Assembly: GCA_964430755.1 (NCBI GenBank)
Contig: CAYSFT010000001.1
Span: 31,358 to 95,357, forward strand
DNA length: 64,000 nucleotides
From: an uncultured Lachnospiraceae bacterium
GTDB lineage: Bacteria > Bacillota > Clostridia > Oscillospirales > CAG-272
Reading direction: 5' to 3'
Shown: one piece after another, positions 9,392 through 19,636 of the stretch
How the letters are laid out: each line of letters begins with the position of its first letter
Position numbering within the stretch: position 1 is the first letter of the stretch
Position numbers and translations under genes: made by a program
The notes under the pieces: generated by a model
What the model saw: the letters and a program-made list of their open reading frames with translations, nothing else
Told to the model about the DNA's origin: nothing
Databases searched by the model: none

Positions 9392-10171
9392 TTACGGTTT
9401 ATTTCTGTATTTTAACGGGGAGACACCCATTCTCTTTTTGAAGAGTCTTGAAAAATAAGTATAATTAGGTATTCCGACCGATGTGGCGATCGTTGAGACG
9501 CTTTCATCACTCTCTCGAAGAAGAGCCGCAGCCTTGTGGATGCGTCTTCTGCTTATATATTCATTAACAGTACATTCAAAATAAGAGTGAAAAGCCTTGT
9601 AAAGCGAATTTCTTGAAACATACAGATAGTTGCAAAGCTGATCAATTGAAAGATCGGAAGCCAGATTCTTGTCAATATATTCGAGCGCTCTGACAATAAC
9701 GTCATCACAGTCAACCTCAATTGCACTATCGAAAATTATATATGATATCAGATTAATGAGGTTTGCCATCTGTTTATCGGAAAGAGAGCCCATCATCGCA
9801 TACTGAGGATCGTTTTCGGAATCCCCGATAACAACATCATTGTTTGGCCTTACGCGGCCTATCATTATAATTCCGACAACTGTGTGATTCTTGATAACGG
9901 GAACGGCTGTGTCAAGCAGTCCTGCGTGGCAGATATGTGAAACGGGACGCTTTTCTTTCATACAGCGGCTGATAAGATCCATATCTGAGCAGCTGCACAA
10001 TGCACGTCCTTCGGCAGTTTCCTGCACCTGCGTACAAATAATATCGGTTTGTCTTATTTGCTTGTATAAATAGTTACTGTGCGTATCCGTAAAACCCATG
10101 CTGAGTTCAGTCAGACCGTAAAGATTGTCTATTATCGCTTTTATCTTTTCAACGTCATATCTTATATTCAT
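9392..10171 (-). CDS. AraC-family transcriptional regulator with N-terminal PocR-type sensor domain
   Basis: HICHAGLLDTAVPV (PocR-like) and a C-terminal AraC double HTH (...SRNSLYKAFHSYF...STIATSVGIPNYTYFSRLFKKRMGVSPLKYR). ATG at 10171 is preceded by a GGGGGTGG RBS. Confidence 0.75.
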   Translation of the reverse strand: MNIRYDVEKIKAIIDNLYGLTELSMGFTDTHSNYLYKQIRQTDIICTQVQETAEGRALCSCSDMDLISRCMKEKRPVSHICHAGLLDTAVPVIKNHTVVGIIMIGRVRPNNDVVIGDSENDPQYAMMGSLSDKQMANLINLISYIIFDSAIEVDCDDVIVRALEYIDKNLASDLSIDQLCNYLYVSRNSLYKAFHSYFECTVNEYISRRRIHKAAALLRESDESVSTIATSVGIPNYTYFSRLFKKRMGVSPLKYRNKP

Positions 10172-10358
10172 CCGCAGCCACCCCCTTTGCATAATGATAC
10201 TATAAACTTTTCAAATTGTCAAGATGTTTTTTTGTTTTTTTGCACACCGGGAAGAAAAGGCAAAAAACAGTGAAGATTTGTCTATTGTAATTCGCGTCAA
10301 GTTGTGATATAATAAAATTTAGATACAATTTTGAACCCATGGCAAAGGAGAAAAAAAC

Positions 10359-11231
10359 ATGAATTTTACAGCAGCTCTATGCATCCTGCTAATAACTATA
10401 ACCACATCAATTCAAAATATATTAAAAAAGCAATACGGCAAACGAAAAAACAGCAGCAGCGTATACATTTTCAGCTCACTGACGGTTTTCAGTGCATTGG
10501 CAGTCTTTTTCATAAGAGGACTTATCACAAACACGCTGAGCTTTGACATAGGAATTCTTCCCTATGCGATTATATTCGCAACCGCATATTGTGCGGCAGC
10601 CATCTTCAATCTGATCGCAATTCAATGCGGCTCGCTTTCACTGACTTCCCTGATCGTTTCATACTCACTGATGATACCAACCCTTTACGGCTTGATATTT
10701 AACGGCGATCAGGTTAATGAGTTCTTTTACATAGGTCTTGCATTCCTGCTTCTCAGCCTCTTATTTGTTAACAGAACCTCCGGCGGAGACGTTAAAATAA
10801 CATTAAAGTGGCTTATCTGCGTTATAATTGCTTTCGTCGGAAACGGCATCTGCTCAACAGTACAGCCCGAGCAAAGTAAAATATTCGAAAACAAATATGA
10901 TGATACCTTTATGGCGATCGCGCTTGCGATAGTTTTCATAGTACTCCTCGTTTTTGCACTTATTAAGGACAGAAAAATCTTCCTCCCGACGGTAAAAACG
11001 AACGCACACTTGATGGTGCTCTGCGGTCTTTCAAACGCTGTTGCAAATCTCCTTGTTATGGCGGCGACAGGTCTCGGCGTTAATAAATCGCTCATGTTCC
11101 CGCTTATCAGCGCAGGCGGAATCGTCATCGCATGGATAGTGTCGGTGTTCCTTTACAAGGAAAAGTTAAGTAAAAAACAGCACCTCGGTCTTGCGCTCGG
11201 CGTTATCGCGATTGTGTTCCTCAATTTGTAA
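10359..11231 (+). CDS. Multi-pass membrane transporter, DMT/EamA-like
   Basis: About 10 predicted TM helices with a two-fold internal organisation and an AAAGGAG RBS. The family call is from topology and composition only. Confidence 0.5.
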   Translation: MNFTAALCILLITITTSIQNILKKQYGKRKNSSSVYIFSSLTVFSALAVFFIRGLITNTLSFDIGILPYAIIFATAYCAAAIFNLIAIQCGSLSLTSLIVSYSLMIPTLYGLIFNGDQVNEFFYIGLAFLLLSLLFVNRTSGGDVKITLKWLICVIIAFVGNGICSTVQPEQSKIFENKYDDTFMAIALAIVFIVLLVFALIKDRKIFLPTVKTNAHLMVLCGLSNAVANLLVMAATGLGVNKSLMFPLISAGGIVIAWIVSVFLYKEKLSKKQHLGLALGVIAIVFLNL

Positions 11232-11247
11232 TAGTATAAAGCATAAT

Positions 11248-11287
11248 CCCCTGCTCCGTTTTTGTGAAGCAGGGGAAATTTTTGTTT
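11248..11287 (+). terminator. Rho-independent terminator after the DMT-like gene
   Basis: CCCCTGCT (11248-11255) pairs with AGCAGGGG (11268-11275), followed by AAATTTTTGTTT. Confidence 0.7.
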
Positions 11288-12803
11288 AGTCGATGCTCTT
11301 CATTGTGGGGAACAAGAGCACGTCACGGATTGCGGCAGAGTCTGTGAACAACATACACATTCTGTCAATACCAAATCCGATACCGCCTGTGGGTGGCATA
11401 CCGATCTCAAGTGCATTAAGGAAGTCCTCATCAGTGTGGTTAGCTTCCTCATCGCCCTTTGCGAACTGTTCTTCCTGCGCCTTGAATCTCTCGCGCTGGT
11501 CAATCGGGTCGTTAAGCTCGGAATAAGCGTTAGCCATCTCCCAACCGTTCATGAAGAACTCGAAACGCTCAACATACTCGGGATTATCGGGCTTCTTCTT
11601 GGTAAGCGGCGAAATTTCAACCGGATGATCCATAAGGAAGGTCGGCTGAATGAGATGATGCTCAACAAACTCCTCAAAGAAGAGGTTGAGAATGTCACCC
11701 TTGGTGTGGCGATCCTCGTAGTGAACGCCCTTTTCGTCTGCAACCTTGCGTGCTTCTTCGAGCGTGTGGATATTGCTGAAGTCTACATCTGCATACTTCT
11801 TAACAGCGTCAACCATTGTGATACGCTCAAACGGCTTACCGAGGTCCATTTCAACGCCGTTATAAGTGATCTTGGTCGTACCAAGCACTTCTTGTGCTAC
11901 AAAGCGGTACATATTCTCGGTGAGATCCATCATGCCGTGATAATCGGTGTAAGCCTGATAAAGCTCCATCAGCGTAAATTCAGGATTATGACGGGTGTCA
12001 AGTCCCTCATTACGGAAAACACGTCCGATCTCGTAAACGCGCTCAAGTCCGCCAACGATAAGACGCTTTAAGTATAATTCAAGCGAAATACGAAGCTTAA
12101 AATCCTCGTCGAGAGCGTTGAAGTGAGTTTCAAAAGGTCTTGCAGCCGCACCGCCCGCATTGGAAACGAGCATGGGAGTTTCAACCTCCATGAAGCCCTG
12201 TGAATCGAGGTAACGGCGGATTGTGCTTATAATCTTGGAGCGCTTGACGAATGTATCGCGCGATTCCATATTTGTGATAAGGTCAATATAACGCTGACGG
12301 TAACGAGTGTCGGTATTGGTAAGACCGTGATACTTCTCGGGAAGAATCTGGAGACTCTTTGAAAGGAGTGTCACGCTCTTTGCATGAACCGAGATTTCAC
12401 CTGTCTTTGTTGTGAAAACAGTACCGACAACACCGATAATATCACCGATATCGAGCTTTTTGAAGCCTTTGTATTCTTCCTCGCCGATATCATCACGTGC
12501 AACATAGCACTGAATGTTACCCTTGAGATCGAGCACGTTACAGAACGATGCCTTACCCATAACGCGCTTGGACATCATACGTCCTGCGATGGTAACATCC
12601 TTGCCCTCAAACTCGGCGTAATTTTCCTTTATATCGGTTGTGTGGTGTGTAACGTCATATTTAGTTATAACGAAGGGATCGTTTCCCTGTGCCTGAAGCT
12701 CAGCCAGCTTGTCGCGGCGAACCTGCAGGAGCTGATTTAATTCTTTTTCACTCATGGGAGCTGCTTCTGTTGCCGCCTGAGTGTTTCTTTCGTTTTCTGC
12801 CAT
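11286..12803 (-). CDS. lysS: Lysine--tRNA ligase (class II)
   Basis: Full-length match to the LysS pattern: OB-fold N-terminus, [25 protein letters not shown] and GIGFGIDRM. Confidence 0.95.
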   Translation of the reverse strand: MAENERNTQAATEAAPMSEKELNQLLQVRRDKLAELQAQGNDPFVITKYDVTHHTTDIKENYAEFEGKDVTIAGRMMSKRVMGKASFCNVLDLKGNIQCYVARDDIGEEEYKGFKKLDIGDIIGVVGTVFTTKTGEISVHAKSVTLLSKSLQILPEKYHGLTNTDTRYRQRYIDLITNMESRDTFVKRSKIISTIRRYLDSQGFMEVETPMLVSNAGGAAARPFETHFNALDEDFKLRISLELYLKRLIVGGLERVYEIGRVFRNEGLDTRHNPEFTLMELYQAYTDYHGMMDLTENMYRFVAQEVLGTTKITYNGVEMDLGKPFERITMVDAVKKYADVDFSNIHTLEEARKVADEKGVHYEDRHTKGDILNLFFEEFVEHHLIQPTFLMDHPVEISPLTKKKPDNPEYVERFEFFMNGWEMANAYSELNDPIDQRERFKAQEEQFAKGDEEANHTDEDFLNALEIGMPPTGGIGFGIDRMCMLFTDSAAIRDVLLFPTMKSID

Positions 12804-12840
12804 GATTGTGTGTCCTTTCGTGATATGTCAAATGCCTGTT

Positions 12841-13323
12841 TTATGACTTCTTGCGAATTTCAAGTATCTTCAGCTTGATAACGCCTGACGGTGCTTCAAC
12901 CTCGGCAATGTCATCAACCTTTTTACCGATGAGCGCCATACCGATAGGCGACTGGTCGGAAATGTTATTCTTGAGCGGATCGACCTCGTTTGTACCAACG
13001 ATGTTATATTCGATCTCCTCGTCAAACTCCTCGTCGTAAACGCGGACAGTCGTACCTACGTTTGCAATACCGGAGTTAAGATCCTCCTCGTTAACGAGAA
13101 CTACGTTTTTGAGAAGCTGTTCAAGCTCGCTGATGCGGCTCTCTACCTTTGCCTGCTCATTCTTTGCCTCATCGTATTCACTGTTCTCCGAAAGGTCACC
13201 GAAGGAACGAGCGATCGCGAGCTGTTCTTTAACCTCAACTCGTCTTACATTTTTTAAATACTCGAGCTCCTCGGTCATTATTTTAAGACCTTCGGGGGTT
13301 AAAACTAAAGGTTTGTTTGCCAT
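12841..13323 (-). CDS. greA: Transcription elongation factor GreA
   Basis: 160 aa with [17 protein letters not shown]...[16 protein letters not shown] and a C-terminal FKBP-like domain. Confidence 0.95.
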   Translation of the reverse strand: MANKPLVLTPEGLKIMTEELEYLKNVRRVEVKEQLAIARSFGDLSENSEYDEAKNEQAKVESRISELEQLLKNVVLVNEEDLNSGIANVGTTVRVYDEEFDEEIEYNIVGTNEVDPLKNNISDQSPIGMALIGKKVDDIAEVEAPSGVIKLKILEIRKKS

Positions 13324-13376
13324 TTTATATATCTCCTTGAAATGTTATTTATATATTTTATTCACCGTCAAAATTT

Positions 13377-14606
13377 TTATTCGGCGGCAGAATCAAGTAT
13401 CTCAATAGCCTTTTGCAGCTGAGCATCCTGCTCGTATGTCAGCTTATAAATGCTGATATTTGCAAATTCCTCTGCAATCTCGCAAGGGTGATCGGGCTTG
13501 ACGCCAACTCCCTCGTAATTTTCGGAATACGGAGGATAATAAAGTGCAGTTGAAATACCAAATCCCGAACCGTCAGTCAGCGGTATAATATTCTGCATTG
13601 TGCCCTTGCCGTAAGTTGTTGTTCCGACAAGCTCCGCATAATCATAATCCTGCAAAGCTGAAGCGAAAAGCTCTCCTGCGCTCGCAGTGTTCTCGTTTAT
13701 GATAACGCTGCAGTTAAGCTTAACAGATTCGGCATCGGAAGAAATTGTTTCCTTTTCACCTGATTTATATTCAATGTGAATGATCGGTCCCTCAGGCAAG
13801 AGATAATCAAGAATATCGCAAATAGCATCAAGATTACCGCCCGGATTATTTCTGACGTCGAAAACAAAACGATCAGCACCGTTCTGTTTCAGCTCATCGC
13901 AGGCTGCCTTGAACTGCTCCGGCGTTCCGAGGTCAAATTCAAGAATCTGAATGATACCAACCGTCGGATCGGCTTCGCAAATGCTGCTGACAACCGAAAT
14001 TTCCTTGATTTTCGTGCGCTCAACAGAAAACTCTATTGATTCACCATTGCGAAGCACAGTAAAATTCGCATTCGTTCCTGCCTCACCGAGCATACGGTCA
14101 AGCGCCTCATCGTAACCGATCTCGGAAACATAATCGCCCTCAACGGCAACAATAAAGTCACCGGGAAGAATTCCTGCTTCAAGTGCCGGCGAATCGGGCA
14201 TAACATTGATGACCTCGATCGTATTCTCACTCCACATAACGCGCACACCGATTCCCACATATTCTGCGTTTGTATCGGCCTCGTTATCTGCAAATTCTTC
14301 GGCACTCAGATAATATGCGTATTTATCGCCTGTGCCATAGATATATCCGCGAAGAATATTGTCGGTGATCTCTTTTTCATCAAGCTCGCCAATATATAAT
14401 TCCTCATAGATTTTTTCAACCTCTATGAGTTTTTCGTATTTACCAAGCCCTGCTGAAAATTCATCCAGTGCCGCAGAATATTTCTTATTAAGCGATACTG
14501 CTGTTATCTGGAATGTTACAAGTATCGCAAGAAGCACAAGCATTATTGCCATGCCAAGAGATATTTTCGGTGCTCCGCCTGTACCCTTTTCATTACTGGA
14601 CATCAT
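13377..14606 (-). CDS. S41-family C-terminal processing peptidase
   Basis: N-terminal TM helix, a PDZ region (SPALEAGILPGDFIVAVEG), FDVRNNPGGNL and TASAGELFA motifs. Confidence 0.85.
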   Translation of the reverse strand: MMSSNEKGTGGAPKISLGMAIMLVLLAILVTFQITAVSLNKKYSAALDEFSAGLGKYEKLIEVEKIYEELYIGELDEKEITDNILRGYIYGTGDKYAYYLSAEEFADNEADTNAEYVGIGVRVMWSENTIEVINVMPDSPALEAGILPGDFIVAVEGDYVSEIGYDEALDRMLGEAGTNANFTVLRNGESIEFSVERTKIKEISVVSSICEADPTVGIIQILEFDLGTPEQFKAACDELKQNGADRFVFDVRNNPGGNLDAICDILDYLLPEGPIIHIEYKSGEKETISSDAESVKLNCSVIINENTASAGELFASALQDYDYAELVGTTTYGKGTMQNIIPLTDGSGFGISTALYYPPYSENYEGVGVKPDHPCEIAEEFANISIYKLTYEQDAQLQKAIEILDSAAE

Positions 14607-14643
14607 AAAACTCCTATTTTTCTGAATTTAATCAAGCAACCTG

Positions 14644-15864
14644 TCAGCCGCCGAAAAAACTCATTGGATCAGTGTGTTTGCTGCTCTCATAAAGCGATAA
14701 ATGCAGATGATTTCCGGTTGAGCTTCCGGTTGAACCGACCTGGGCAATAACATCGCCCTTTGTAACCTTCTGTCCCTTTGTAACAAGAAGCTTCGAGCAA
14801 TGGGCATAAAGGGTTGCATATCCGCCGCCGTGGTCGATCATTATGTAGTTACCGTAGCTCCAATGATAGTCTGCGATAGTGACAGTCCCCGAGTTGGAAG
14901 CATAAATGCTCGTACCGTAAGCGGCGGGAATATCAATACCGTTATGAAATTCCTGTTTTCCCGTAATAGGACTGGTTCTCCAGCCGTACTGCGAAGAAAC
15001 ACGTGTATAACTGAGCGGAACCGGCCACATGAATGTACCGCCGACAAACTTGGAATTTTGCTGACGTTCAAGCTCGGCAAGGTATTCCTGAAGCTGAATC
15101 TGAAGCTGTTCCTCCGCTTCAAGCTGTTTTTCATAAAGTGCGGCATAATAAGCCTTGTCGCTTTGAAGCGTTGAAAGGTAGTTTGCAGCATTACGCTTCA
15201 TATCCTCAAGATTTGCTTCGTCCTCCTTGAGCTGCGCAAGATACTCCTCCTGCGCCTGTTTTTTTGTCTGAAAATCAGTACGTGCAGACTCAAGGTTTTC
15301 CTTTTCACTCTTGAGCGACTCCATTATATTCGTGTCATATTCGAGCATTGCGCCAACACGGTCAACCCGCATCAGAAAATCCGAAAGGCTCGCAGCCCCA
15401 AGCAACATATCGAGGTAACTTGCCTCTCCATCCTCATGTGTTACACGAAGACGCATCTTAAAAAGCTCGTATATTCTTTGATATTCCGCCTCACTTTCAG
15501 CGATTTCGCCGTCCTTTTGCTCAATGCTGCTGTTAAGCTCAGCGATAATATCATTTGTGAGCTCTATCTTTTTTATCTGCAGATTAAGCTCGGTGTCAAT
15601 ACGCTGTTTTTCAGCGAGAGCGGCGTCAATGTTGTTTGCTGTGGTTGAGATATTTGATTGTATCTCCTCAATCTGCTTGTTAAGTGCGGCAAGCTGTTCC
15701 TCCATACTCTGAACCTTGGAGTCGGTCAGCTTTGCGGCAGATACCGTCTCATTCGAAGAAGGAATAGCAACCACAAGACAAACAGCACAAAGTACAAGTG
15801 CCGCGGCTCGGGTAATATTCTTTTTTATAAAGCTAAAATCGGTCGTTTTATTCGTATTTCTCAC
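14644..15864 (-). CDS. M23-family metallopeptidase with long coiled-coil N-terminus (EnvC/murein hydrolase activator-like)
   Basis: Signal/TM segment, a roughly 230-aa heptad-rich region, then HNGIDI...GNHLHLS (M23 H.H motifs). Confidence 0.85.
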   Translation of the reverse strand: MRNTNKTTDFSFIKKNITRAAALVLCAVCLVVAIPSSNETVSAAKLTDSKVQSMEEQLAALNKQIEEIQSNISTTANNIDAALAEKQRIDTELNLQIKKIELTNDIIAELNSSIEQKDGEIAESEAEYQRIYELFKMRLRVTHEDGEASYLDMLLGAASLSDFLMRVDRVGAMLEYDTNIMESLKSEKENLESARTDFQTKKQAQEEYLAQLKEDEANLEDMKRNAANYLSTLQSDKAYYAALYEKQLEAEEQLQIQLQEYLAELERQQNSKFVGGTFMWPVPLSYTRVSSQYGWRTSPITGKQEFHNGIDIPAAYGTSIYASNSGTVTIADYHWSYGNYIMIDHGGGYATLYAHCSKLLVTKGQKVTKGDVIAQVGSTGSSTGNHLHLSLYESSKHTDPMSFFGG

Positions 15865-15894
15865 GAGATTGACCTCCCATTATAAACCGGTGAT

Positions 15895-16782
15895 TTACGC
15901 CTTAAGATGCTTTCTGGTTGATATCGTACTTCCGATAATGCCTGTGATAATGCCGATTCCGAGGAATGCAAGCGCCACATAGTGTCCGATGCTGTCAAAT
16001 GTGATAATCGACAAAAAGTCGAGACTTCCTGCCATTTCACTGACAACATAACCATAAATATACCACTGGATAAAGAACGCGAGAACGCTTGATATTATTC
16101 CGATAAATATGCCCTCAAAAATAAACGGCAGGATAACGAACCAGTTTGTTGCACCGATATAACGCATTATGGATATTTCGGCACGTCTGGAATGAACGGC
16201 AAGCTTTATCGTGTTGATAATAACAAAGATGCTTACAACAAAAAGTATTGTCATAAACCAGATAAGCACGTGTGAAATTCCGTTTTTAATATTTTCGATT
16301 TTGGTTGCAAGATCAACGCGGTTATTGATTTTTGCAATACCGTCAGTACGTCTTATATTGTCAATGAGCGGTTGTACCGCAGAGTTGTCTTCATATTTGA
16401 TAACAAACGAGTCGCGCAGAGGATTGTCGCCTTCAACCAACTCATAAAGTCCCGAATATTCCTTATACTTCTCCTTTTCCTCTTCAAGCGCCTGCTCCTT
16501 GGAGATAAACTCTATGCTTGCAACATTGGGAATCCGCTCAAGCTCCTTATGTATATCCTCAACCTCCTCGTCCGTCTTTGTATCATCAACAAAAACCACG
16601 ATTTCGTTGAGCAAGCCAAACTTTTCAAGATTCTCGTCTATATTGAGAATCAAAAGCACAAAGCTTCCCATAACAACAAGACAGCTCATCAGCACCGTTA
16701 TCGATGCAAGAGTCATAATGCCGTTGCGCCAAAGTCCCTTAAAGCTCTGACCGAGGAAGTAAGTCAAACGATATCTTTTCAT
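15895..16782 (-). CDS. ftsX: Cell-division ABC transporter permease-like protein FtsX
   Basis: 4 TM helices with a large first extracellular loop. The start overlaps the ftsE stop by 4 nt. Confidence 0.85.
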   Translation of the reverse strand: MKRYRLTYFLGQSFKGLWRNGIMTLASITVLMSCLVVMGSFVLLILNIDENLEKFGLLNEIVVFVDDTKTDEEVEDIHKELERIPNVASIEFISKEQALEEEKEKYKEYSGLYELVEGDNPLRDSFVIKYEDNSAVQPLIDNIRRTDGIAKINNRVDLATKIENIKNGISHVLIWFMTILFVVSIFVIINTIKLAVHSRRAEISIMRYIGATNWFVILPFIFEGIFIGIISSVLAFFIQWYIYGYVVSEMAGSLDFLSIITFDSIGHYVALAFLGIGIITGIIGSTISTRKHLKA

Positions 16783-17492
16783 ACGTTCATACCTCCAACT
16801 CCGTCGCTTATAACCTTTCCACCCTGAATTTTAACCACACGCTGCTGGAAATAATCAACAAGATCCTTTTCGTGTGTAACAACGATGACGGTTTTTCCGC
16901 GCTTATGTATTTTAACGAGCAGATTCATAATCTCAAGACTCATCTTCGGGTCAATGTTACCCGTGGGCTCGTCTGCGATGATTATCTGCGGATTGTTTGC
17001 AAGTGCTCTTGCGAGAGCAACACGCTGCTGTTCACCGCCCGAAAGCTGTGACGGATAAGAATTAAACTTCTCTGTCAGATTAACAATATTCAGAATAGCC
17101 GGTACGCGACGTTTGATAATCTTCGTCGGCTCACCGACAACCTGCATTGCAAAAGCGACATTCTCGAATACTGTTTTGTTCGGGAAAAGACGGAAATCCT
17201 GGAACACAACACCGATCTCACGGCGATAATGCGGCACCTTAAAATCCGAAATTTTCGACAGATCGTACACTGCAGGCTGTTTTCTTGATTCCTCATCTCT
17301 GTTCGCACGAACTATTATACTTCCGCTTGTAGCCTTTTCCTCACGAAGAAGGAGCTTTGTCATAGTGGTTTTTCCGGCACCCGATTCACCGACAATGAAC
17401 ACAAACTCGCCGTCGTTGATTTTAAGATTGACACCGTCCAGTGCCACAGTTCCGTTCGGATACACTTTTTTAACATCTCTGAATTCTATCAT
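16779..17492 (-). CDS. ftsE: Cell-division ATP-binding protein FtsE
   Basis: Walker A GESGAGKTT, signature LSGGEQQRV and Walker B IIIADEP. Position upstream of ftsX. Confidence 0.9.
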   Translation of the reverse strand: MIEFRDVKKVYPNGTVALDGVNLKINDGEFVFIVGESGAGKTTMTKLLLREEKATSGSIIVRANRDEESRKQPAVYDLSKISDFKVPHYRREIGVVFQDFRLFPNKTVFENVAFAMQVVGEPTKIIKRRVPAILNIVNLTEKFNSYPSQLSGGEQQRVALARALANNPQIIIADEPTGNIDPKMSLEIMNLLVKIHKRGKTVIVVTHEKDLVDYFQQRVVKIQGGKVISDGVGGMNV

Positions 17493-17659
17493 ATTCGTTA
17501 GGCAACTCCGTTATTTTCGTAATATTAAACAAACGCAAAATGCTAAATGTCAAAACAGTCGTGCAAATAGCACCAAAAATCGAGGCTGTCGGCATTTAGC
17601 AGTCGTACCGTCCGCCGATTACACACAAATATAACAGGCGGACGGCGATATAATTATAA

Positions 17660-18745
17660 TTAGAATTTGACGGGTTTCGAGGTCAGATACTTCTTAACCA
17701 TAAGTGCGACCTTAAATGTGATTGCGTGTTCAAACTCGCGCAGATCAAGACCTGTGAGCTTTCTGATTTTCTCCAGGCGATATACGAGCGTGTTTCTGTG
17801 AACAAACAGCTTACGCGAGGTTTCGGAAACGTTGAGGTTGTTTTCGAAGAAGCACTGGATAGTCATAAGAGTTTCGCGGTCAAGCGATTCGAGTGAGCCC
17901 TTCTTGAAAACCTCCTGAAGGAACATTTCGCAAAGTGTTGTCGGGAGCTGATAGATAAGTCTGCCGATACCGAGGTTTTCGTAGCTGATGATATTCTTTT
18001 CTGTGTCGAACACCTTGCCGACTTCAATTGCAACCTGTGCTTCCTTGAAGGAACGCGCAAGATCCTTGATGTTGTCAACAGCGGTACCGATACCGATTGT
18101 AACCTTTGCATAAAATTCGCTCGAAAGTGTATCTGCGATATTCTTTGCAGTCTTTTCAATCTCGCGGTTATCGTGTCCCGATTTAACCTCCTTAACAAGA
18201 ACGATATCATGCTCACTAACGCTGATAACGTAATCCTTGTTCTTATCCGGGAACATATTCTGCACCATGTCAAACGGAACAACATCGCTCTTACCGTAGA
18301 ACTTGATAAGTATTACGGCACGCATAACATCTGAATTGAAGTGCAGCTCTTTACTCTTTAAATAAATGTCGCTTGGGAGTATATTATCAAGGATGATATT
18401 CTTGATAAACGAACCCTTGTCGAGCTTTTCATCATACAGATTTTTGATATTGGAAAGAGATACGGAAAGAATCATAGAAATCTTTTCAGCCATCTTGTCT
18501 TCACCTTCGACAAATACGATATACTCGGCCTTTGCGCCCTGACCGATCTGTCTGTATGTATAACCGCCGGTGGTGATAGCTTCGGAAGTGTACGCCAGCT
18601 CATCACGGACGCCCTGTGCAGTTTCTCCGATCTTAACCAGTTCACTGCAAGAAATAATTACGCCGTTCTCGTCGATAACACCGATGACTCGATCCACAGC
18701 ATCCTTCATTTGATGAATAATACCTTGGAAAAATCTGTTTGACAT
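17660..18745 (-). CDS. CdaR/PucR-family transcriptional regulator (sugar-diacid-regulator-like)
   Basis: N-terminal diacid-recognition-like segment (FFQGIIHQMKDAV...GVIISCS...IGE). C-terminal PucR HTH (ETSRKLFVHRNTLVYRLEKIRKLTGLD). ATG at 18745 has an AAAGGAG RBS. Confidence 0.75.
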   Translation of the reverse strand: MSNRFFQGIIHQMKDAVDRVIGVIDENGVIISCSELVKIGETAQGVRDELAYTSEAITTGGYTYRQIGQGAKAEYIVFVEGEDKMAEKISMILSVSLSNIKNLYDEKLDKGSFIKNIILDNILPSDIYLKSKELHFNSDVMRAVILIKFYGKSDVVPFDMVQNMFPDKNKDYVISVSEHDIVLVKEVKSGHDNREIEKTAKNIADTLSSEFYAKVTIGIGTAVDNIKDLARSFKEAQVAIEVGKVFDTEKNIISYENLGIGRLIYQLPTTLCEMFLQEVFKKGSLESLDRETLMTIQCFFENNLNVSETSRKLFVHRNTLVYRLEKIRKLTGLDLREFEHAITFKVALMVKKYLTSKPVKF

Positions 18746-18820
18746 AGGGGCGACTCCTTTCAAGATTAACAAAAAATTTAGTTGGAATAATATTTGAATA
18801 AAAAGACTTTAAATAAATAC

Positions 18821-19618
18821 TCAGATCATTTTAACCGTGCAGATAACGGCAATTACAAGATAAGAAGCAAGCAAGAGGAAATCTGCCAAAATCGTCGATG
18901 CGGGCGACACTATCAAAAGCACGGCACCTGCGATAACGGCTGCTGCACAAATAAAGAATGTAACCGCGCATTTTTTACCGCCGATTGTGACCTTGGCGAA
19001 TGTATAATTTTTATTTTTTGCAATAAGAAGTACGCCAAGAGCAATTGCAGCAACGGCAAGGAGCAACATAAGCGGCTTCGCAGCTAAAACGCCAAGCTTT
19101 CCGACATAATAGAAGAATCCGCTAACCTGGGGCACAGATTTGGCAAGTCTTATCAAAAGAAAGCCTACAGCTGTAAGGAACGAATAAGCGAAGAAATTTC
19201 CGCCATAGATATTATGTACGAAATAAAGAACGGTAAAAGTGATGAGTGCGACGATTACCAATTCAATGTTATCATAAACATAGTAAACACCGCCGATTGC
19301 AAAAAGCGAAGTGACGTTTCCGAAGATAAATGCACTGGTCAGCACCTTATCCGATTCATCAACATTTTTCATCCTTCTGTATGTAAACAGTATCGCCGAC
19401 AGCGCAAAGAGAACACCCGTAACCAGGAGAAACACAGGTAGTACAACAGTGTGTGTGAATATCTGATTATCCCCTGTCTTTATTGCGAGAACAACCGCAA
19501 TAACAACAAATGCAAACTGAAGCATCAAGCGGTAAAGCTTGGCATCCTGCTGTTTTTCAGCCGCTAACTTTGCAGCCTTTTTTTCTTTGATTCTATTTTC
19601 CTTAATATTGTTACCCAC
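18821..19618 (-). CDS. Hypothetical polytopic membrane protein
   Basis: 265-aa ORF with a Lys-rich N-terminus followed by about 7 hydrophobic helices. No recognisable motif. Confidence 0.6.
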   Translation of the reverse strand: MGNNIKENRIKEKKAAKLAAEKQQDAKLYRLMLQFAFVVIAVVLAIKTGDNQIFTHTVVLPVFLLVTGVLFALSAILFTYRRMKNVDESDKVLTSAFIFGNVTSLFAIGGVYYVYDNIELVIVALITFTVLYFVHNIYGGNFFAYSFLTAVGFLLIRLAKSVPQVSGFFYYVGKLGVLAAKPLMLLLAVAAIALGVLLIAKNKNYTFAKVTIGGKKCAVTFFICAAAVIAGAVLLIVSPASTILADFLLLASYLVIAVICTVKMI

Positions 19619-19636
19619 TTTAGAAGAACCTCCACC

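Noticed and set aside
17608-17645. Hairpin CCGTCCGCC...GGCGGACGG downstream of the CdaR-like gene as a terminator
   Set aside because: It is a good 9-bp stem, but there is no U-tract on either strand and the loop is 20 nt. It may be a stabilising hairpin or a rho-dependent site, so it is not annotated as a terminator.
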